A stretch of DNA of 64,000 nucleotides from an uncultured bacterium (GTDB lineage Bacteria; Planctomycetota; Phycisphaerae; UBA1845), in assembly GCA_965371245.1 (NCBI GenBank), contig CBDUXT010000003.1, forward strand, positions 65,745-129,744, written 5' to 3'. The notes under the pieces are model-generated. The model did no database searches. It was not told the origin of the DNA and saw only the letters and a list, made by a program, of their open reading frames with translations. Below are positions 7,985-14,814 of this stretch, one piece after another (within the stretch, counting starts at the first letter, position 1; each line of letters starts with the position of its first letter). The position numbers were made by a program, and so were the translations under genes.

Positions 7985-9694
7985 TCACGTGGATTCGCGA
8001 GCCGCGCGCCGTGGCGTCGTGCCGGCCGGGTCGCGGGCTACGGTCACGTCGTAGGGCGCAGGGGGGTCCGCCGCCTTTTCGTCGCTGCGGTAGTGTACCC
8101 CGACCGATTCGGTTCGTTCGAGGGCGGCCATCGCCACCAGCCTGGCCATCGTGAGGATGTTCTGCGTCTCCCACCCGAGAAGATCGTCGAAGGTCTTGTC
8201 CAACGAGTAGTGCGCCCAAAAGTCCAGGATGGTGCAAGTTTCCTCGAGCCGATCGCCTGTGCGCACGATCCCGACGTTTCGCCACATCACGCTTCGTAGC
8301 GAGTTGCGGATGTCGGCGAGGTCCAGCGCCGTTCGGTCGGACGCGGCGTTGCTGCTGCGGACGTAGCGGACGGTGGCCCTGTCGCGCATGGCCGCACCCC
8401 GTTCACCGGCGCTCCGACCGGCAAGCCGTCCGAACACCAGCCCCTCGAGTAGCGAGTTACTGGCCAGTCGATTGGCGCCATGGAGGCCGGTCGAGGCGAC
8501 CTCCCCGCAGCAGAGGAGCCCATCGACGGAAGTGGAGCCGTCGAGCGTGACCCGTACACCGCCGATCATGTAGTGAGCGCTGGGGCGCACGGGAATCAGA
8601 TCGTGCGCAACATCGATCTGGAAGTCGCGGCAGAGTTGTGTGATTCCCGGGAACCGCGCGGCGAATCCCTTGATATGTCGGACATCCAGGTAGACGCAGT
8701 TGGAACGTGTCTCCTGCAAGTGCATGTGCGTCGATCGGCTGACGACGTCGCGCGGCGCGAGTTCGCCGTCTTTATGATGAGCGTGCATGAAGCGCTCGCC
8801 GTCGCGGTCAACCAGGTATGCACCCTCGCCGCGCACGGCCTCCGAGATCAATGCCCGTCCGGCTCCGGCGACGTAGAGGGTCGTGGGGTGGAACTGCATG
8901 AGTTCGACATTGCGCAGGACGGCCCCGGCGCGGAAGGCCGCGGCCATCCCGTCGCCGGTCGCGACGGACGGATTGGTCGTCTCCCGCCACAGTTGACCAC
9001 AGCCGCCGGAGGCGAGGATCGTTTGCCGCGCCCAGATGATCTGGTGGCCGTGCCGTCGATGGTACGTGACCGCCCCGACGCATGTGCCGTCCCGCGTGAC
9101 CAGATCGATGACGAAGCACTGTTCGAAGAGGCGAATGGAATCCGTCGCGCGCACGCGGCGTTCGAGCGTGCGGACCAGCTCACGCCCCGTGCGGTCGCCT
9201 TGCGCATGGACGATGCGATTGATCGAATGTCCCGCCTCGCGGGCGAAACGCAGGCCGTCACCGTCGCGGTCCAACTCGATACCCCATTCGAGGAGTTCTT
9301 CGATGCGGGCCGGACCGTCCTCTACCAGGCGCCTTACGGCCTGCGGATCGCTGAGTCCACATCCGACGGCCATGGTGTCGTGGTAGTGACGCTCCGAAGA
9401 GTCTTGCGCGCCCAGGGCGGCCGCGATGCCGCCCTGGGCGGCGTGTGTACATCCGTCAACGAACGCCCCCTTGGTGACGAGCGTGACTACGCCGTGCCCG
9501 GCGGCCTCGATGGCCGCACGACATCCGGCCACGCCGCTGCCGATCACGAGCGTGTCGGTGAGTACGTGCCCCGTTCGAGTGGAGGCAAAGTCGGAGAGGT
9601 ACCTCCGCGTGTCGAAGAGCGACGTGTTTCGTTTCACGGTCAAGCTCCACTCCACCAAGCGTGATCGATACCGCCGGCGTCGCGTCAGCGGCAC
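7985..9694 (-). CDS. nadB: L-aspartate oxidase
   Basis: FAD motif LVIGSGVAGCRAAIEAA, then AQGGIAAA, TNPSVATGDGMAAAFRAGA, QFHPT, EAVRGEGAYL, ELAPRDVVSR and LHGANRLASNSLLE. Colinear with E. coli NadB. The GTG start at 9694 is uncertain. Confidence 0.9.
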   Translation of the reverse strand: MPLTRRRRYRSRLVEWSLTVKRNTSLFDTRRYLSDFASTRTGHVLTDTLVIGSGVAGCRAAIEAAGHGVVTLVTKGAFVDGCTHAAQGGIAAALGAQDSSERHYHDTMAVGCGLSDPQAVRRLVEDGPARIEELLEWGIELDRDGDGLRFAREAGHSINRIVHAQGDRTGRELVRTLERRVRATDSIRLFEQCFVIDLVTRDGTCVGAVTYHRRHGHQIIWARQTILASGGCGQLWRETTNPSVATGDGMAAAFRAGAVLRNVELMQFHPTTLYVAGAGRALISEAVRGEGAYLVDRDGERFMHAHHKDGELAPRDVVSRSTHMHLQETRSNCVYLDVRHIKGFAARFPGITQLCRDFQIDVAHDLIPVRPSAHYMIGGVRVTLDGSTSVDGLLCCGEVASTGLHGANRLASNSLLEGLVFGRLAGRSAGERGAAMRDRATVRYVRSSNAASDRTALDLADIRNSLRSVMWRNVGIVRTGDRLEETCTILDFWAHYSLDKTFDDLLGWETQNILTMARLVAMAALERTESVGVHYRSDEKAADPPAPYDVTVARDPAGTTPRRAAREST

Positions 9695-9980
9695 CGATGG
9701 TCAGGTGTCACGACTCGGTTGACGGGTCCATAACGGCTCCAGCTCGGCACGCTCGCCGGGTTCGGTTGCGGCATCGTAGGGCGTCGGGGGACGGGCGACA
9801 AATCCGTGTGATCCCGGCGTCTTTCATGTCCGTGACGCTTCCGGTCAGCCGAGTACGGAGCGTACCCTACGCGCGTTCCTGGGATTACGGTTGTCCGACC
9901 GATACGGGCTGCTCATCGAGCTTGAAAACGGGACATGCGATAAGCGAACATCGCCGTCGCAGCCGCCGATAAGCTTGGGT

Positions 9981-12683
9981 ATGGGAAGCTCACGGAAGCT
10001 GCCGGGCGGGCCGCGCGCAGGGGGCGGGTATGCGCTCCTTTGGTTGGGGGCGATCTGTGCGCAGGGCGCCTGTGCCTCGCGACTCGTCGGGCAGGTGACG
10101 GATCGGTTGACCCGTTCGCCCGACCGCGTGGTTCATCGGTTCGATTTCGATGAGCGAGCGGAGGGGAACCTCGAAGACGTTCCCAAGTATTGGGAACTGC
10201 TCCGCCCGCCCGGGTTCCCTCATTTCTCGCACGGCGAGTTTGATCCCGCGGTCGGTCAGGCCGCCGCTCCCTCCTTCCATCTGGTTTCGGAGGGGCGCAA
10301 CGTCGCGTACCAGTATTCCGGTCTGGAAACGCGCGTCCGTATGAACACGGACTACCGGATCGAAGGGTACGTCAAGGCCGACCACCTGATGCGAGCGCGG
10401 GCCTGCCTGAGTGCTCATTTCCTGGACAAGAACGGTCTGGAGATTGACGGCACGCTCGTCCGGTCGCGATTCGTCGGTGGGGCGAACGATTCGGACGGTT
10501 GGGTTCATGTGACGCTCCATCTTGCATCCGCCCCGCGTGACGCCTATACGGTGGGCTTGGTGGCCTGGGTGATGCAAGAGCCGACCTGGAATACGGCTGC
10601 GCCGCCGCGGTGGCACATCCCGCGAAGGGACGTCCGGGCGGGCGCATGGTTCGACGATATCACCATATTCGCCCTTCCGCACGTGAGCATTGCATCCAGT
10701 GCCACGGGCAACGTCATGGTTCCCGACGAACTCCAGGAGCTTCTGGTGGTCTTGGCGGACAACGAAGACCCGACGCTCCGCGGGCGCCTGACCATCCTCT
10801 CGGCTGGCGGCCAGCGCGTTGAGGAACATGAGGTTCCGGTCGTGATGGAGTCTCGGGTCGTACCGAAACGAATCTCTGTTGGGCATCTCACGCCGGGGTT
10901 GTACATAGCCGTGTTTGACGTTTTTGCCGGCTCCGCGCGCGTGGTGTCGCGTTCACTGACCTTCGCTCGGGTGGCGGCACCCTATCGAGAGAGCGAGGCC
11001 CACGCGCGTCCCTTCGGGGTCGTCGTCGATCCGCGCGAGCGAGCGGACCCGGCTACTGAACTCGTGCTCCTTCGTCGGCAACTCGCGCGGTCGGCCAAAC
11101 TTCCGGTTTGGACGGGTCTACCGGATGATCCGCCGACGGCCGGCCAGCGGCTCCGGACGGATCGCTTGCTTCAAGGGCTGACCAAGGCCGGCTTTGCCTT
11201 GACGGGCGTCTTCTTCGGACCGCCCAGTACGATTGTTCGCAGTGACGGCGCGTACGTTCGACCGCTGGTCGAGCTTCTCGCCAACGACCCGACGGTGTGG
11301 CAAGACCACCTGGCGTCGGTGGTTGCGCCCTATGCAAGTAGCTTTCGGTGGTGGCAGATGGGGGCGGACGAGGGTTGGCCTCTCGTGGTCGATAAAGACT
11401 TCCCACTGGCCGTGGAACGATTGCGCGATGGGATCCGCCGGTTCATCACGCTGCCGCGGCTGGCCGCGGTGACCTCGACGGCGTTTGAGTTGCCGGAGGT
11501 GGCGTTCCCCGTCGAGCAGTTGGCGCTTTCGGTGCGTGCCAACGTTCAACCGGACGCTGTGGCGCTGCAGCTTGCCGCGGCGAAGGATGCCGGCTATGCG
11601 CATGTGTCGGTCTACCTCGCGCCGGTTCCGTCCGACCGATATGGACGACTCCCGCGGCTTACGGACTGGGCTCAGCGGGTGATTTCCGCGCGTCACGCCG
11701 GCGCGGACACCGTGTTCGTGCCTCAGACATGGCAGGTCCGTGATACGGGTCGGGGACGTCGAGTGGAACCAACCGAGACGTTTCTCTTCCTGCGAACGAT
11801 GGCCGACGTCATCGGGCGGGCCGCTCCGGCACAGCGGTTGCACCTTGGTCGTGATATCAAATGCCTCGCGTTTCGAGCCGGCGCCGATGTTGTGTTGGCC
11901 ATGTGGGCTCCGATGGCGCCCCCCGGCGGACGCGACTACCCGATCCAGCTTGGCGGCGCGGACCGACAGATCGACATGTGGGGTCGCGCGGCACCGCTGT
12001 TGCGCGACGAGCACGGTCGATCGATCGTCCACCTTACCGCCATGCCCGTGCTTGTGGACCGAATCGAGCCCTGGCTGATCGATTTTCGGGCGTCACTCTC
12101 GCTCAAGCCGTCGCGCGTTGAGTCGGGGACGGAGTCGGTTCCCCACGAGCTGGAGATGGCCTACCGTGGAGCCCGTGCCGTCTCTGGGCGCGTCGAACTC
12201 GGCGTGCCCCGGTCGTGGGGGATCTCTCCGCGCGTGTTCAGCTTTAGCCTGATGCCGCAGCGGACGGTTTCCTACCCAATTCGCATCCGCTATCCGCACA
12301 GCGCGCCGGCCGGTCGTCGCGAGGTGCTTGCCCGCATCACGCTCGAAGGCTCATCCCGCTACTTTGAAGTGCCGTTGGTGGTAAACCTGGGCGTGAAGGA
12401 CCTCGAGGTCTCAGGGTCCGGCGTCGTCGAAGGTGAAGAGCTGGTGCTGCGCCACATCGTGACCAATCGATCGTCCAAGGTCTTGAGTTTCCGCGGCTCG
12501 GCAGTGGTGCCCGGCCGACAGCGCCAGTACCGCCCCATTTCCCACCTTAAACCGGGCGACACCCAAACGGTGGAGTACCGCTTCGCACGCGGAGGTGCGT
12601 TGGTCGGTCGGCCGGTCCGTCTCGTTCTCCGCGAGATGAACGACGGCCCACGCGTCCACAACCTCGAGCTGACGATCCCCTAG
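9981..12683 (+). CDS. large secreted hypothetical protein (about 900 aa)
   Basis: ATG at 9981 gives the signal-like N-terminus GGYALLWLGAICAQGACAS. The whole ORF shows coding-type composition. I recognised no catalytic motif. The architecture guess is an N-terminal beta-sandwich, a central alpha/beta region (WWQMGADEGWP) and C-terminal Ig-like repeats. Confidence 0.6.
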   Translation: MGSSRKLPGGPRAGGGYALLWLGAICAQGACASRLVGQVTDRLTRSPDRVVHRFDFDERAEGNLEDVPKYWELLRPPGFPHFSHGEFDPAVGQAAAPSFHLVSEGRNVAYQYSGLETRVRMNTDYRIEGYVKADHLMRARACLSAHFLDKNGLEIDGTLVRSRFVGGANDSDGWVHVTLHLASAPRDAYTVGLVAWVMQEPTWNTAAPPRWHIPRRDVRAGAWFDDITIFALPHVSIASSATGNVMVPDELQELLVVLADNEDPTLRGRLTILSAGGQRVEEHEVPVVMESRVVPKRISVGHLTPGLYIAVFDVFAGSARVVSRSLTFARVAAPYRESEAHARPFGVVVDPRERADPATELVLLRRQLARSAKLPVWTGLPDDPPTAGQRLRTDRLLQGLTKAGFALTGVFFGPPSTIVRSDGAYVRPLVELLANDPTVWQDHLASVVAPYASSFRWWQMGADEGWPLVVDKDFPLAVERLRDGIRRFITLPRLAAVTSTAFELPEVAFPVEQLALSVRANVQPDAVALQLAAAKDAGYAHVSVYLAPVPSDRYGRLPRLTDWAQRVISARHAGADTVFVPQTWQVRDTGRGRRVEPTETFLFLRTMADVIGRAAPAQRLHLGRDIKCLAFRAGADVVLAMWAPMAPPGGRDYPIQLGGADRQIDMWGRAAPLLRDEHGRSIVHLTAMPVLVDRIEPWLIDFRASLSLKPSRVESGTESVPHELEMAYRGARAVSGRVELGVPRSWGISPRVFSFSLMPQRTVSYPIRIRYPHSAPAGRREVLARITLEGSSRYFEVPLVVNLGVKDLEVSGSGVVEGEELVLRHIVTNRSSKVLSFRGSAVVPGRQRQYRPISHLKPGDTQTVEYRFARGGALVGRPVRLVLREMNDGPRVHNLELTIP

Positions 12684-12724
12684 AACTCCGTTGTACCTTA
12701 CTTGATGCCTTCCGAGGGTGGCAT

Positions 12725-12792
12725 GGGCAAACTTGTTTGCCTGTGTTCCAAGCCCCGAGGTCATGGGCAAGCCGACGCTTGCCCTTGGCGCC
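12725..12792 (+). repeat. 68-nt two-hairpin repeat (family R5), copy 1
   Basis: Hairpins GGCAAA-CTTG-TTTGCC and GGGCAAGC-CGAC-GCTTGCCC. The second copy is at 32556-32623. Confidence 0.75.
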
Positions 12793-12956
12793 CGACCATC
12801 GATTGACGTACGACAGAGGTCGAATCCCATTGAATCCGCCGGGTGCCCGATCCTTCATCGCAGGCGTAGGTGGGGGGACGGAGTGCCCTTTCCTTTGAAG
12901 AACACGCGCCCTCACGGTACAATGCCCTGTAGCGGTTCGGAAAGGAGTCATAAGCC

Positions 12957-14318
12957 ATGAAGCATCATGGAATGCGAGCGGTCCTTCTGGTGTGCGCCGG
13001 TCTCGGCACACACAGCGCCCCCGCTCACGCCCGGCCCGCACCGGCTCCGGTTCAGGTCATCGCCCAACGGCGAACGGAGGCCCCCGGCGAGGGAGGAAAC
13101 TTCGGCAGTTTTATCAACCTCAGCTTTGACAGCCCCCCCGAACTGAAGAACCTCAGCCCATCCATCAGCGGAAACAACGTGGCCTTCGCGGCGACGACTC
13201 GCGATCCAGGCGGGTCGGGTATGTTTGCCCTGATCGACGGTCAACTGCGCGTCGTGGCCGACACCTGGACCAAGATACCGGGAACGGACCTGACCTTCGG
13301 CTTCAGCATCGGCGATGGTGTGGGCCCGAACATCTGTGGGTCAACCGTGGTGTTTACCGGCATCAACATCTCTCATGGTTCCGCGATCTGGCTCTGGCGA
13401 GACGGCGTGCTGGAAAAGGTGGTGGACAGCGACACGCTCGTCCCGGGGCGTAGCGTGACCTTCGGCAGCTTCGCCGGCACACCCGGCATCAGCGGAGACA
13501 ACGTTGTCTTCAACGCTCGCTACACCGGAGGCGGTGGGATCTACGCAGTCATCAACGGGGAACTGCTGACAATCGCCGACAGTGACACGCTCCTTCCGGG
13601 CGCCCCGACGACGGCCGGAGGTTTCGGCTTCCTTGTCGGCTACAGCGCCTTCATCAGCGGCGAGAACGTGGTCTTCTGGGCTGGGTCGGGCGTCAACCAC
13701 AGGGGTATCTACCTCTTTGCCAACGGCGTGATTCGCGTCATCATCGACCCCAACACGCCTAAACCGGGGGGGGGAGGCGAGACATTCGACTTTGTCCCGG
13801 TGCGCGCCAACTTCTGGCCGGGCATCAGCGGTGAGAACGTGGCCTTTTCGCTCTGGACGGAGCTGTATGCGTATATCAACGGTACGCTGCGCCTCGTCGC
13901 CGACGACACGACGCAAGCGCCTGGGGGCGGCACGTTCACCACTTTTTCCGCCCGCACTTCGATAGATGGCGAGAACATCGCCTTCGCAGCCGGCACCGGA
14001 GGGGGGAGCGCGGGGATTTTCTCCTACATCAACGGCGAGTTTCGCACCATTGCCAGCGACAACACGCCGGCCCCAGGTTTCGCGACCAATTTCAGCGCCA
14101 TCGGTTTCCGTATCTCTGACGGCGGGGGTCCGGGCATCAGCGGCGAACAGGTCGTTTTCACCGCCGGTCCCCCCGGCGTCTACACCGGCGACGGCATCCC
14201 GCCGCCGCCACCGCCGCCACCCATCCCCACGGTCTCCACCTGGGGTGTCATCGCCATGACACTCCTACTCCTCACCGCAGGCAGCATAGCCGTCAATCGA
14301 CGAGGCACTGCGGCATAA
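12957..14318 (+). CDS. secreted repeat (beta-propeller-like) protein with IPTL-CTERM-type sorting signal
   Basis: Signal peptide MRAVLLVCAGLGTHSAPAHA. About 7 repeats of ~50 aa carry I-S-G-x-N-V-x-F ... G-I-[YF] ... D-[TS] ... P-G. A poly-Pro linker (PPPPPPPP) is followed by IPTVSTWGVIAMTLLLLTAGSIAVNRRG, i.e. an IPT[LV]S-x-WG motif, a TM helix and a basic tail. Confidence 0.8.
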   Translation: MKHHGMRAVLLVCAGLGTHSAPAHARPAPAPVQVIAQRRTEAPGEGGNFGSFINLSFDSPPELKNLSPSISGNNVAFAATTRDPGGSGMFALIDGQLRVVADTWTKIPGTDLTFGFSIGDGVGPNICGSTVVFTGINISHGSAIWLWRDGVLEKVVDSDTLVPGRSVTFGSFAGTPGISGDNVVFNARYTGGGGIYAVINGELLTIADSDTLLPGAPTTAGGFGFLVGYSAFISGENVVFWAGSGVNHRGIYLFANGVIRVIIDPNTPKPGGGGETFDFVPVRANFWPGISGENVAFSLWTELYAYINGTLRLVADDTTQAPGGGTFTTFSARTSIDGENIAFAAGTGGGSAGIFSYINGEFRTIASDNTPAPGFATNFSAIGFRISDGGGPGISGEQVVFTAGPPGVYTGDGIPPPPPPPPIPTVSTWGVIAMTLLLLTAGSIAVNRRGTAA

Positions 14319-14327
14319 CCCGATGGC

Positions 14328-14357
14328 GTCCGCGCGGGCTTGAAGCCCGCGGCTCGG
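14328..14357 (-). repeat. R3 REP-like hairpin, copy 2
   Basis: GTCCGCGCGGGCTTGAAGCCCGCGGCTCGG, the reverse orientation of copy 1, lying 10 nt after the stop of the IPTL-CTERM gene. Confidence 0.8.
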
Positions 14358-14365
14358 GACAAGTG

Positions 14366-14400
14366 TGGCATGCCCGCGCCTGCGGCTTGGGCATGCCACA
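14366..14400 (-). repeat. R6 left-hand hairpin module
   Basis: GTGGCATGCCCGCGCCTGCGGCTTGGGCATGCCAC. Its reverse complement nearly equals 26593-26627 (GTGGCATGCCCAAGCCGGAGGCGCGGGCATGTGCC). Confidence 0.7.
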
Positions 14401-14418
14401 CGCCGCGGACAGCCGCTT

Positions 14419-14462
14419 CCTTACGGGCGCGGCTCGGAAAGAGCCTTCTTAAACACGCTCTT
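14419..14462 (+). repeat. 44-bp direct repeat (family R4), left copy
   Basis: CCTTACGGGCGCGGCTCGGAAAGAGCCTTCTTAAACACGCTCTT recurs identically at 14754-14797. Related CGCGGCTCGGAAAGA cores lie near 31240 and 26500. Confidence 0.8.
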
Positions 14463-14583
14463 AGAGCCGCGGGGGCCAGCCCGCGGACCCGTGCGTCATC
14501 ATGTCACCGGGCTCGCGCCCGCCGGCCAGCCGGTTCTACCGGTGCTCTGAAAACTGCCCAACGCCGATTCTGTCACGCACCCG
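14461..14583 (+). repeat. R1 repeat, partial copy F (left end missing)
   Basis: TTAGAGCCGCGGGGGCCAGCCCGCGGACC...CACCGGGCTCGCGCCC...GCTCTGAAAACTGCCCAACGCCGATTCTGTCACGCACCC is colinear with the right two thirds of R1. Confidence 0.65.
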
Positions 14584-14753
14584 GGTCACGGCATGGTCAC
14601 CGCTCGGATCGGCGCATACAATCCGGTAGGCGGGCGGGTTCGCTTTCGCGGGTTCGGTTCCCCAACACCATTCGTCCGCAACCGCAGAGGGTGTATAAGA
14701 AGGGTCATGACGAACCGAGCCGCGACGTGAGGGAGCGGTTTCGAGTGCGAAAC

Positions 14754-14797
14754 CCTTACGGGCGCGGCTCGGAAAGAGCCTTCTTAAACACGCTCTT
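14754..14797 (+). repeat. 44-bp direct repeat (family R4), right copy
   Basis: Identical by eye to 14419-14462. Confidence 0.8.
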
Positions 14798-14814
14798 GGA
14801 GGCCTGCAACACCT

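Noticed and set aside
14319-14814. CRISPR array, considered because of the many short GC-rich palindromic repeats here and elsewhere.
   Set aside because: The repeats are not regularly spaced and are not separated by unique spacers of uniform length. They belong to several different families, occur singly across the window and have no cas genes nearby.
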